Virus record (IMG/VR): IMGVR_UViG_3300032335_000499
Source of the DNA: a virus
Taxonomy: Duplodnaviria > Heunggongvirae > Uroviricota > Caudoviricetes
Length of the DNA stretch: 64,000 bases
Direction: 5' to 3' (one strand)
This document shows positions 9,322 to 18,578 of this stretch, piece after piece (position 1 is the first letter of the stretch; each line of letters starts with the position of its first letter). Position numbers and translations under genes: made by a program. Below the pieces are notes generated by a model. The model made no database searches, was not told the DNA's origin, and was given only the letters and a program-made list of their open reading frames with translations.

Positions 9322-10327
9322 TATAGGCAAGGTTACGCAAAACCGAGGTGTAAGTGAGGTCGTCAAGAAAACCACTAAGGTTCCTACACGACCTCAATTA
9401 CCTATTGCCAAATTGGATAGAGTGCAGACAGGTAATGGCAGAGTTGAAATCACATTCATAGATGATTCTACTGTTAAGGTTACTGAACACTCTAAACTTG
9501 TAATTGACGATTTCGTATATAGTGGCAAGCCATCCACTTCAAGAATGGCTCTCAAGTTTGCAGCCGGTACTGCTAGATTCGCTACAGGTCAGTCTGGCAA
9601 GATGAACAAAGGCAACATCAATCTCAGAACTCCTACAGCAACGATTGCTGTTAGAGGTACAGACTTTGCAGCAACAGTAGATGACTTTGGTAAGAGTCTA
9701 ATAATGTTGCTTCCGGAGCCAGATGGTTCAGTAGGAGAAATCACAGTATCAAATGCTGGCGGGTTTGTCATTCTTAATAAGGCATTTCAAGCTACTATCG
9801 TATCTACAATGGACAGTAGACCCTCTCGCCCTGTTATTCTAAACCTCACTCTCAACCAAATTGACAATATGTTGATTATCTCCCCTGCGGAAGAAGTTAA
9901 ATCAGAAGAAGAAATTGCTGAGGCTAAGGCTAACATACTAGATTTGTCAGAACTTGATATTGACTATCTTGCTAAAGACGACCTACAGGAAAATCAACTA
10001 GCCAGTTCAGAACTTGATATTAATACTATTAACGCAGACTTCTTAGGGGAAGATTTTCTTGATAATGCTGACGGAAGTGATTGTGTAACAAGAGATAACA
10101 CAAAACTTTGTGGAACTACATTTGGTCTTAACAATACTACTCAGATTACTACTATTTTGTCAGGAGACTATCTACGGCTTGCTAGAACACTTAGCACAAC
10201 AGTTGATATTGTCATAAAGAAAGACTCAAATAAAACACTATTCATAGACAGTAATGGGAAATCATTTCTAATTGAAATCAATGAGCCAGCCGGAGGAACT
10301 ATTATCAATGTTAAACAAAGCGAGTAA
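9239..10327 (+). CDS. Secreted/periplasmic FecR-domain protein
   Basis: Signal peptide ending AHA; VQTGNGRVEITFIDDSTVKVTEHS and TPTATIAVRGTDF. Confidence 0.85.
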   Translation: MSIHLRSIARAAAALLLLISVMPAAHANIGKVTQNRGVSEVVKKTTKVPTRPQLPIAKLDRVQTGNGRVEITFIDDSTVKVTEHSKLVIDDFVYSGKPSTSRMALKFAAGTARFATGQSGKMNKGNINLRTPTATIAVRGTDFAATVDDFGKSLIMLLPEPDGSVGEITVSNAGGFVILNKAFQATIVSTMDSRPSRPVILNLTLNQIDNMLIISPAEEVKSEEEIAEAKANILDLSELDIDYLAKDDLQENQLASSELDINTINADFLGEDFLDNADGSDCVTRDNTKLCGTTFGLNNTTQITTILSGDYLRLARTLSTTVDIVIKKDSNKTLFIDSNGKSFLIEINEPAGGTIINVKQSE

Positions 10328-12359
10328 AATTTTATTGTCACCATGGCTAGCAGTAGCTACTATACTGTTATTGTTATCAGTGAAGTTGATGAATCCGTTC
10401 CTAGTTGATAGTATGAAATTAAAATACTACGACTATCTGATGCTGGGTGAACCAGTTAAATCAGAACAGATTGTAATTGCAAATATTGGGGAGAAAGCAA
10501 TTGAAAAATATGGACAGTATCCGTTTCCAAGGGAAACATATAGCAAAATTATTAGCGATCTTTATGGGGCAAACGCTGGTCTCGTTGGCAGTACTATACT
10601 TATGCCTGAGCCTGATCGGATGGGGACTGACAGAGTACTATCAGATACCTTAAAGCAATATCCAGTTGTTCTCAGTCAAACACTAGTTGAAGATTGTCCT
10701 AAGGATATTCGTCCCCCTCGCCGCACAGGTATTGCTGTAGTCGGTGACGGACAACCCACTGATTTTCTTCCGAACTATCCATGTGTTCTTGATAACATTC
10801 CAGAACTTCAAGAGTCTGCCGTAGGCGTCGGCATAACATCTTCTCTTCCTGAGACGGACGGGGTAACTCGTCGAGTGCCTTTATTAGGGATTTCAAATGG
10901 CGAATATTATCCTGCGTTTTCTTTAGAACTTTTGAGAGTTGCTGCGGGAGATCCTTCGTATCAAGCGAAGATAAATCAGACTGGTGTTGAAGCATTGCGT
11001 GTTCCTCAATTTGGTACAATTAATACAGATGAATATGGTCGGGTGTTTATAAATCCCAATTACGTATTTCCATCTGTTGAAGTAGGTGGCGATATTCCTC
11101 GTCTTGACGGGAAAATTGTGATTCTAGGCGTGACTGCGAAAGGGCTTGCAAATCCAATAGCGACCGCGTCCGGTGGTCAAACGCCCCCTCAGGTTCAGGC
11201 CAGTCTGCTTGAAACTCTGATAAAGGGAGATTCTGTGTCAATTCCGAATTGGGTAAGTCTTGCTGATCTTGCGGCATTTGTCGTCCTTTCATTGTTGATT
11301 ATCGTACTCTCAAGAGTAAGATATTCAATCGTTTGGATCGGTATATTACTAGTAGGATATGCTTACGCACCGATCTATCTATTTACCCATAACAAGATAT
11401 TGTTTGATATTTCTTTCAACATTTTGGCTGCATTAGTAATCTATCTGCACATCTATACTGTTAAGTTTATCAGTGAATACTTGCAGAAGCAACAGATTAA
11501 GAAACAGTTTGGTACATACTTGAGTCCAGATTTGGTTGCTCAACTACAGCGTCAGCCAGAACTACTACAACTAGGTGGCACTGAGCAAGAACTAAGCATT
11601 ATGTTTACTGATGTTCGCGGATTCACCACTATTAGTGAACACTATGGTAAAGATGTTCAAGGTCTAACTAAGATTATGAATCGCTATATGACTGCTATGA
11701 CTAAGGCAATTTTAGAGAACAGAGGAACCCTAGATAAGTATATAGGAGATGCTCAAATGGCATTTTGGAATGCGCCGGTAAACAATGCACAACACGCTAA
11801 GGATGCAGTTAGTACAGCGTTTACTATGCTTAAGTCACTAGAGGAATTCAATGATGAAGTTACAAAAGAAGGCATACCCGCTTTTGGAATGGGCCTCGGT
11901 ATTAATACTGACACTGTGGTTGTTGGTAATATGGGTAGTGATCAGCGTTTCGACTATACTTGTCTTGGTGACGGGGTCAATCTTGCTAGTAGGCTCGAAG
12001 GTCAAAGCAAACCTTATGGCGTTAAAATCGTCATCGGACCCAAAACTGCGAAGTACGTTTTGGATCAATACCAAGTAGCTGAACTTGATTTGCTTGCTGT
12101 TAAGGGTAAAACTGAACCTGCTAGAATCTTTACAGTATTCCCCTTCCACGACCCACTGGGTGAAACACAGCACATGAAATTCTTAGAACTATATCGTCAA
12201 GGACATTGGGAAGCTGCCGCAAAATATGCAAGCGAATTAAAGCAAGCATGGCGCGGCGAAATGAACCAGTACTATGATATGATGATAGAAAGAATCAACG
12301 AGTATAAAGAGAATCCTCCCGCTAATTGGGATGGAGTATATAGGGCAACATCAAAGTAG
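10308..12359 (+). CDS. CHASE2-domain transmembrane class III adenylate cyclase
   Basis: N-terminal TM, CHASE2 (YGQYPFPR, DGVTRRVPL), 3 TMs, then FTDVRGFT, DKYIGDAQMA and YTCLGDGVNLASRLE. Start at 10308 preferred over 10272. Confidence 0.92.
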   Translation: MLNKASKILLSPWLAVATILLLLSVKLMNPFLVDSMKLKYYDYLMLGEPVKSEQIVIANIGEKAIEKYGQYPFPRETYSKIISDLYGANAGLVGSTILMPEPDRMGTDRVLSDTLKQYPVVLSQTLVEDCPKDIRPPRRTGIAVVGDGQPTDFLPNYPCVLDNIPELQESAVGVGITSSLPETDGVTRRVPLLGISNGEYYPAFSLELLRVAAGDPSYQAKINQTGVEALRVPQFGTINTDEYGRVFINPNYVFPSVEVGGDIPRLDGKIVILGVTAKGLANPIATASGGQTPPQVQASLLETLIKGDSVSIPNWVSLADLAAFVVLSLLIIVLSRVRYSIVWIGILLVGYAYAPIYLFTHNKILFDISFNILAALVIYLHIYTVKFISEYLQKQQIKKQFGTYLSPDLVAQLQRQPELLQLGGTEQELSIMFTDVRGFTTISEHYGKDVQGLTKIMNRYMTAMTKAILENRGTLDKYIGDAQMAFWNAPVNNAQHAKDAVSTAFTMLKSLEEFNDEVTKEGIPAFGMGLGINTDTVVVGNMGSDQRFDYTCLGDGVNLASRLEGQSKPYGVKIVIGPKTAKYVLDQYQVAELDLLAVKGKTEPARIFTVFPFHDPLGETQHMKFLELYRQGHWEAAAKYASELKQAWRGEMNQYYDMMIERINEYKENPPANWDGVYRATSK

Positions 12360-12372
12360 TTACCCAATATTT

Positions 12373-12401
12373 TTGACACAGACACAGATATGTTGTATAC
12401 A
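12373..12401 (+). promoter_or_regulatory. Sigma70-like promoter for the outer-membrane protein gene
   Basis: TTGACA-17-TATACA. Confidence 0.6.
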
Positions 12402-12455
12402 TAACTCTGACATTAAAAATGTCAAGTTTTCAAACTTAAAAGGAAAAAACAAAGT

Positions 12456-12929
12456 ATGAAAAAGTTAATCGCAATCGCAGCACTCGCAACCGCTGCTCTT
12501 ACAACCCCTGCAATGGCATCTGAATTTGCTGGTCCTCGTCTTGAGGTAACAGCTGGTGCAGATGAAGTTCGCAACGGCGTTGACGCAACTGACATTGCTT
12601 ATGGCGCTGCCTTAGGCTATGACCTTCAGTTTGGTAAGGTAGTTGTTGGTGCAGAAGCGACCGCAGCTAACGTTTTTGATCGTGCTGACCTCGGGGCAGC
12701 CGCTCGTCTCGGTTATACATTGAACAAGAATGTTCTTGCATATACCCGCGTTGGTTACACTAAGCTTGAGCGTACTGCTACTGCTAAGGTCGAAGGTCTT
12801 ACAGTAGGTGGCGGTCTTGAAGTTAAGCTCATTGGCTCAACTTTTGCTAAGGCTGAATATCGTTACACTGACTTCGACGGCAATCTCGGTCGTCACGGTG
12901 GACTCGTTGGCTTCGGTCTTCGTTTCTAA
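12456..12929 (+). CDS. Outer-membrane beta-barrel protein (OmpA-like/porin family)
   Basis: Signal peptide ending PAMA; alternating beta strands; C-terminal GFGLRF with terminal Phe. Confidence 0.85.
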   Translation: MKKLIAIAALATAALTTPAMASEFAGPRLEVTAGADEVRNGVDATDIAYGAALGYDLQFGKVVVGAEATAANVFDRADLGAAARLGYTLNKNVLAYTRVGYTKLERTATAKVEGLTVGGGLEVKLIGSTFAKAEYRYTDFDGNLGRHGGLVGFGLRF

Positions 12930-12947
12930 TTAAGTAGAGACTAAGCG

Positions 12948-12977
12948 TAATGGCGGCGAGTAAAATCGTCGCCATTA
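12948..12977 (+). terminator. Hairpin, probable terminator of the OMP gene
   Basis: TAATGGCGGCGA-GTAAAA-TCGTCGCCATTA; no strong U-run follows. Confidence 0.55.
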
Positions 12978-13000
12978 CCATATTTACAGTAAATACATAT

Positions 13001-13552
13001 ATGAAAATAGGCTTAAGCAAATCCATTATTCACCATGAGGGCTTCGTGTACGATGCTATAGATCAAGGGTGGTATAACATCCTAAAAGGACATAATGTAT
13101 TTTGTATTCCAAACACGCTAAATCAAGATTTTAACGTTATGGCTAACGACTTAGATTCATTAATTTTAACTGGCGGAGAATATTCTGAACAAAGGCGCGA
13201 AGTTGAGCAAGTGCTAGTTAATAACATGGTAGAACGCAACAAGCCGGTTGTTGGAATCGCTAGTGGGGCATTTGAAATAGCGGAATCTATCGGAGGCGAA
13301 TTAGAATGTATTGAAAAGCACTTCGATATAAATCATCCTATATTTTATCACAGAGAAGTTTTAGAAGTTAACAGTTATCATCATGGTAAATGTATTAAGA
13401 GTTTGCCAAATTCTGCAAACGTGCTTTGTTTAGATTATCTAGGAAATGTTGAGGCATTTATATGCGGTAACTTATCCGGCATAGTATGGAATCCTGAAAA
13501 GATGGATAAACCTTGGATTCCACCTGAAATCGCTTATATGCTTCGCATTTGA
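13001..13552 (+). CDS. Class I glutamine amidotransferase-like protein lacking the catalytic Cys and His
   Basis: LILTGGE, PVVGIASG (canonical GICRG), VNSYH, WNPE (canonical WHPE); TAAATA at 12990. Confidence 0.7.
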   Translation: MKIGLSKSIIHHEGFVYDAIDQGWYNILKGHNVFCIPNTLNQDFNVMANDLDSLILTGGEYSEQRREVEQVLVNNMVERNKPVVGIASGAFEIAESIGGELECIEKHFDINHPIFYHREVLEVNSYHHGKCIKSLPNSANVLCLDYLGNVEAFICGNLSGIVWNPEKMDKPWIPPEIAYMLRI

Positions 13553-13563
13553 TAAATATATCA

Positions 13564-14358
13564 ATGAGAGCTACAGAATTCATAACCGAACGTAAGAAAA
13601 AGCGTAAGTCCAATCGAGCCTACGGCGGATATTTCTATCCAGGCTTTGGTTACGGAGATAACAGCTCCGGCGAAGGTGGCGGAGACGGCGGCGGCGAAAG
13701 TATGTACGAATCCGCGGTAGATGAATTAGCTAAGCGATTACCTTCCCTAGATAAGCACGATTACAATACTATCGATGACTTGATGCGCAAGGTTGCACGT
13801 AAGCACAAAATCACCGACAAAGCACTAAAAGATTTGTTCACTAAAAAGTTTAATGATACTCCTGATCGCTGGATCAAAGGTAAGTTAGATGAAATAGAGC
13901 ATCCGGTAACTGCTTTTATGGGAGCGATGGATAATGCTACTTCTAGTTTTGCTAACACAGCATCAGCAGCTGCCGACAAGATAATGTATGAAGATTCCGA
14001 TAAGCTAGATATAAATGCAGAAGTAGAAAAGTTTGTAGACTGGACTGCTAAAAGGTTGAATCTACAAAAGGTTCCTACAATAGAACTATCAATGGATAGT
14101 GAGGAAGCTCAAACTAATCATCACACCGGCGGACATGTTCCCGGAGAAGGTAGTGTTTGGGTATATGCTAAGAATCGTAATTTAGTAGATATTCTTAGAA
14201 CAGTATTCCATGAACTGGTACATGTTCGTCAACACGAGATAGGTATGATTAAACCCGGTGATAGTTATCCTGGGTCACCCATCGAAGCGATGGCAGATAT
14301 GCTAGCCGGTAAATATATCAAGATTTACGGCGAAAAAAACAACCACATCTTTCAATAA
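13564..14358 (+). CDS. Multi-module protein with a C-terminal HExxH zincin-like domain
   Basis: MRATEFITE start after TAAATA 13553; RTVFHELVHVRQ, then E..A downstream. Confidence 0.65.
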   Translation: MRATEFITERKKKRKSNRAYGGYFYPGFGYGDNSSGEGGGDGGGESMYESAVDELAKRLPSLDKHDYNTIDDLMRKVARKHKITDKALKDLFTKKFNDTPDRWIKGKLDEIEHPVTAFMGAMDNATSSFANTASAAADKIMYEDSDKLDINAEVEKFVDWTAKRLNLQKVPTIELSMDSEEAQTNHHTGGHVPGEGSVWVYAKNRNLVDILRTVFHELVHVRQHEIGMIKPGDSYPGSPIEAMADMLAGKYIKIYGEKNNHIFQ

Positions 14359-14421
14359 GGTTACCAATATAGTTGAATTTTCTGCACAGTCTGTTATACT
14401 AACTAGACTAAAGGAGAAAAC

Positions 14422-14679
14422 ATGTCACGTACATTCAATCAAGAAGCTAAAACTAAACTGACTCAACTTATCAACGAAGGTATGAACGTCTTACAAGAAG
14501 TAGAAACCCTCAATGAAGGTCTTAACGATACTGTTAAGGCAATTGCAGAAGAACTTGAAATCAAGCCCTCAATTCTCAAGAAGGCTATCAGAGTTGCCCA
14601 CAAGCAGCGTCTCAATGAAACTAATGAAGAAAACGAAGAACTTAACACAATTTTGGAGACTGTCGGTAAGACTAGCTAA
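14422..14679 (+). CDS. Small helical protein, possibly dsDNA-binding (T4 DsbA-like)
   Basis: Size, charge and position before the polymerase; sigma70-like promoter at 14373-14400. Confidence 0.45.
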   Translation: MSRTFNQEAKTKLTQLINEGMNVLQEVETLNEGLNDTVKAIAEELEIKPSILKKAIRVAHKQRLNETNEENEELNTILETVGKTS

Positions 14680-17396
14680 TGTCATACGTTGACGCAGTTC
14701 TCGATTCCAGCGCAGATAGAATTTACGCAGTTGAACGTACTCCTGAGGGCAAACGTGCCTTCAAAGAGTACTCAACTAACTATGTCTTCTATTATGATGA
14801 TGCAAAAGGTAAGTATCGTACTATCTATGGAGATCCTGTAACTAGATTCTCGACTCGCAAAAAGAGTGAGTTTGAGAAAGAGCGCAGGATTCATAACAAG
14901 AAAAGACTCTATGAGAGTGATGTTCCGGTAGTCTTTAGGTGCCTGAGTGATAACTATTTGGGAGCAGAACCTCCTAAACTACACACTGCGTTCTTCGACA
15001 TTGAGACTGACTTTGACCCAGAGAAGGGTTTTAGTCCGACAGATGATCCATTCAATCCAGTCACTGCTATTTCAGTGTATCTTGATTGGTTAGACCAGCT
15101 TGTTACTCTTGTCATTCCCCCGAAGCATATGACTGATGAGACTGCACAAGAACTAACTGCGGATTTTGAAAACTGCTTACTGTTCCGCAGTGAAATCGAA
15201 ATGTTCGAAACTTTCTTTGAACTTATTGAAGACGCAGATGTTCTTACAGGTTGGAACTCAGAAGGATATGATATTCCCTACTGTGTGAATCGTGTTACTC
15301 GTATTATGAGTAAGAACGATACACGCAGGTTCTGTTTGCTTGGGCAGCTTCCTAAGCCTAGAACGTATGAACGTTTCGGCAAAGAAGAACAGACTTACGA
15401 CTTGATTGGTCGTATTCATATGGACTATCTACAGCTTTACAAAAAGTACAACTACGAAAGCCGTCATAGTTATTCGCTCGACGCTATCGGTGAGTATGAA
15501 TTGGGTGAGCGCAAGACTCAGTATGAAGGTAGTTTGGATCAGTTATACAACAAAGACTTTAGAAAGTTCGTAGAGTATAACCGCCAAGATACTATGCTAG
15601 TGTTTAAGATTCACCGCAAGCTCAAGTTTCTTGACCTAGCAAATGCTCTAGCGCACGAAAATACTGTATTGCTGCCAACTGTTATGGGTTCGGTGGCTAT
15701 GATTGAAATGGCAATTTATAATGAAGCACATGAACGAGGATTTATTGTCCCTGACAAAAAGCGTAAAGATAATTACGGTGAAGAGCAGCAAGCGGCCGGA
15801 GCTTATGTTGCTGTCCCGAAGAAAGGGATTCACGAATGGGTCGGAGCAGTTGACATCAACTCACTCTATCCCTCAGCAATCCGAGCCCTCAACATGGCCC
15901 CAGAAACCATCGTTGGACAAGTCAGACAATCTCTCACAGACCAATACATGCACGAAAAAAGTGTTGACCTCGCAAAAAAGAAGCGTAAGAAAAAGAATGG
16001 TGACGATGCTGACGGGGTTACTGGAGCGATTCTTTGGGAAAACCTCTTCGGGTCAATAGAATATACTGCTATTATGAATCAAGAGCGCGGCACTTTGCTC
16101 ACGCTTGACTATGAAGATGGTCGTAGTGTAGAAATGTCTGCTGCTGAAATATGGAAGTTAATCTTCGATAGCAACAAGCCGTATATGATTTCTGCAAACG
16201 GAACCATCTTTACATATGAGAAAGAAGGAATTATTCCTGGATTGCTTTCACGCTGGTATTCAGAGCGTAAAGAAACTCAGAAGCTAGCCAGAGAAGCATA
16301 TGGGACGGATATGTTTGATTATTATGATAAGCGTCAGCTAGTTCGTAAGATTCTTCTTAACTCTGCATATGGCGCACTTTTGAATGAGCATTGTCGTTTC
16401 TATGATAAAAGAATCGGGCAGTCAGTTACGTTGTCTGGTCGGCAAATCACTAAGCATATGATGAGCCAGATAAACGAAATCATCACGGAAAATTATGAAC
16501 ATGACGGCGACGCTATTGTGTATGGTGATACTGACTCCTGTTACTTTTCAGCGTATCCTATCCTCAAAGAACAGATTGACAGCGGCGAACTTGCATGGAG
16601 CAAAGACACTTGCATTGACTTGTATGACCAAATCGCTGAAATGACTAACGTTAGCTTCCCTGCGTTTATGGAAAAGGCATTTCACTGCCCTCGTAAGAAC
16701 GGTGAAGTGATTAAAGCTGGACGAGAACTCATTGGCGACAGAACGTTGTTCATCACTAAGAAGCGTTACGCAATCAACATCTTTGACTTAGAAGGTAAGC
16801 GTCAGGACATTGACGATAAGATAGGTAAGATTAAGGCTATGGGTCTTGATCTTAAGAGAGCGGATACTCCTAAGTATGTTCAAGAATTCTTGATGGAAGT
16901 CTTGACTATGGTTCTAGGTGGCGCGCCTCGTGAAGACATCATCACTCGAATCAAAGACTTCAAGACTTATCTATCAGAGCAGGATAGCTGGACTAAAGGT
17001 TCTCCTCGTTCAGTCAACAAGCTTACATACTATGGTGAACTTGAGAAACGCAGTAAGACTGGCAAGGCAACAATGCCCGGACACGTTCGAGCGGCTCTTA
17101 ACTACAACTACTTGCGTAAGCTAAACGGAGATCAGTATAGTCAGCGTATTGTTGATGGTATGAAGGTAATTGTCTGTAAGCTAAAAAGCAATATGCTTGG
17201 CTTTACAAGTATTGCTTATCCTACAGATGAACTTAGACTTCCGCAATGGTTCTGCGACTTGCCGTTTGATGACAACGAAATGGAAAGAACACTAGTCGAT
17301 GAAAAGATTGACAACTTGTTAGGCGTTCTTAACTGGGACATTAGGTCAAACACTAATACTAACAGTACATTCGATGAATTGTTCAGTTTCGGTTAA
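14679..17396 (+). CDS. Family B DNA polymerase (T4 gp43-like)
   Basis: Exonuclease FFDIETD, GWNSEGYD and YNRQD; polymerase DINSLYPS, KILLNSAYG, YGDTDS and KKRYA. Confidence 0.98.
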   Translation: MSYVDAVLDSSADRIYAVERTPEGKRAFKEYSTNYVFYYDDAKGKYRTIYGDPVTRFSTRKKSEFEKERRIHNKKRLYESDVPVVFRCLSDNYLGAEPPKLHTAFFDIETDFDPEKGFSPTDDPFNPVTAISVYLDWLDQLVTLVIPPKHMTDETAQELTADFENCLLFRSEIEMFETFFELIEDADVLTGWNSEGYDIPYCVNRVTRIMSKNDTRRFCLLGQLPKPRTYERFGKEEQTYDLIGRIHMDYLQLYKKYNYESRHSYSLDAIGEYELGERKTQYEGSLDQLYNKDFRKFVEYNRQDTMLVFKIHRKLKFLDLANALAHENTVLLPTVMGSVAMIEMAIYNEAHERGFIVPDKKRKDNYGEEQQAAGAYVAVPKKGIHEWVGAVDINSLYPSAIRALNMAPETIVGQVRQSLTDQYMHEKSVDLAKKKRKKKNGDDADGVTGAILWENLFGSIEYTAIMNQERGTLLTLDYEDGRSVEMSAAEIWKLIFDSNKPYMISANGTIFTYEKEGIIPGLLSRWYSERKETQKLAREAYGTDMFDYYDKRQLVRKILLNSAYGALLNEHCRFYDKRIGQSVTLSGRQITKHMMSQINEIITENYEHDGDAIVYGDTDSCYFSAYPILKEQIDSGELAWSKDTCIDLYDQIAEMTNVSFPAFMEKAFHCPRKNGEVIKAGRELIGDRTLFITKKRYAINIFDLEGKRQDIDDKIGKIKAMGLDLKRADTPKYVQEFLMEVLTMVLGGAPREDIITRIKDFKTYLSEQDSWTKGSPRSVNKLTYYGELEKRSKTGKATMPGHVRAALNYNYLRKLNGDQYSQRIVDGMKVIVCKLKSNMLGFTSIAYPTDELRLPQWFCDLPFDDNEMERTLVDEKIDNLLGVLNWDIRSNTNTNSTFDELFSFG

Positions 17397-17404
17397 ACAA
17401 ACAC

Positions 17405-17455
17405 TTGACGTTTGCAATAAATTCCGCTATTATACACAATAGACAAACCTAAATA
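17405..17455 (+). promoter_or_regulatory. Sigma70-like (TTGACG-17-TATTAT) plus late (TAAATA 17450) promoters
   Basis: Read directly in the intergenic gap. Confidence 0.55.
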
Positions 17456-17475
17456 TTATAAAGGAAAGATGACAC

Positions 17476-18198
17476 ATGAAAGATTACTTACTTGATTTGA
17501 TTCAACACACTCATGGATTGGGCGTAGTTGAATTAGTAAAGATTGAAGGCACTGCAACTGAAACAAAGGTTGCTGCATATGCAGAAGACAAGAGCGTAGT
17601 TGTATACGGCACGTTTGCTTCGCCTATCGCAGATTTTCAAGGCACATTCGGCATGCCTAACTTGTCCAAGCTTAAGACTATTCTTAGTTTTGATGACTAT
17701 GATGATAAGTCTATCATCAACGTTAGCCGTAACGATGACGGTGTTCCTTCATCGATTCACTTTGAGACTTCGACTGGCGATTTCGTCAATGACTATCGCT
17801 TGATGGCAAAGTCAATCGTTGAAGAAAAGGTCAAAACTGTAAAGTTTGCAGGTACTGCATGGGACGTTGAATTTGAACCTACAGTAGCAGGTATCCTTCG
17901 TCTTAAGAAGCAGGCTTCTGCAAACAGCGAAGAACTTAACTTCAAGACTAAGACTGAAAACGGTGACTTGAAGATTTACTTTGGTGACCCTTCTACGCAC
18001 AGCGGCAACTTTATCTTCCAGCCGGGCGTAAGCGGAAATCTTTCTCGCTCGTGGCAGTGGCCTGTTAAGGTGTTTCTTGCTATCATGGATCTTCCCGGTG
18101 ACAAGACAGTTCGTTTTGCAGACGCAGGAGCTGCTGAAATCACTGTAAACAGTGGTCTTGGAACTTGGCAGTATTTGCTTCCCGCACAGGCTAAGTAA
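17476..18198 (+). CDS. Putative sliding-clamp-like replication accessory protein
   Basis: 240 aa acidic, beta-rich protein right after the polymerase; no diagnostic motif, call rests on size and context. Confidence 0.45.
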   Translation: MKDYLLDLIQHTHGLGVVELVKIEGTATETKVAAYAEDKSVVVYGTFASPIADFQGTFGMPNLSKLKTILSFDDYDDKSIINVSRNDDGVPSSIHFETSTGDFVNDYRLMAKSIVEEKVKTVKFAGTAWDVEFEPTVAGILRLKKQASANSEELNFKTKTENGDLKIYFGDPSTHSGNFIFQPGVSGNLSRSWQWPVKVFLAIMDLPGDKTVRFADAGAAEITVNSGLGTWQYLLPAQAK

Positions 18199-18578
18199 TG
18201 CTACGGACGGTCAGCGGAGCAGGTAGATATGTGATGGTGCAGGGCGGAATGCCTGCACACACATATATCAACTCTAGTTCAGGTTATATGAATGTTGGAG
18301 ATGTTAGATACAACGTTCAAATGCAGCGACTTGAAGTTTATGATGGTCAAATTTGGGTCGAAATCAGCACTGGTCATGCTAGTGTTGGTCTAACTCCCGA
18401 TGCTGAACGTGCATTAGATTGGGCTAATCGGAAGATTGAAGAAGAAGCCGAACTTGATAGGCTAGCAGCATCTAATGCTACCATCGCTGACCTTATTAAA
18501 CAGAAAAAAGAACTTGATGATAAGATAAAGATGGTTCAAATACTTACGAAGGAAGAAGTAAAAGTTGGAACAAATTAA
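18198..18578 (+). CDS. Hypothetical protein with C-terminal coiled coil
   Basis: Translationally coupled ORF. Confidence 0.65.
   Translation: MLRTVSGAGRYVMVQGGMPAHTYINSSSGYMNVGDVRYNVQMQRLEVYDGQIWVEISTGHASVGLTPDAERALDWANRKIEEEAELDRLAASNATIADLIKQKKELDDKIKMVQILTKEEVKVGTN

Noticed and set aside
6808-12929. Bacterial contamination or chimeric assembly of the csg/cyclase block
   Set aside because: The block is headed by the phage TAAATA promoter, uses the same tight gene coupling, and looks compositionally like its flanks by eye. Read coverage would settle it.
14679-17396. Intein or intron in the DNA polymerase (also checked ligase and ClpX)
   Set aside because: Lengths are ordinary, conserved motifs are normally spaced, and no splice-junction or homing-endonuclease motifs are present.
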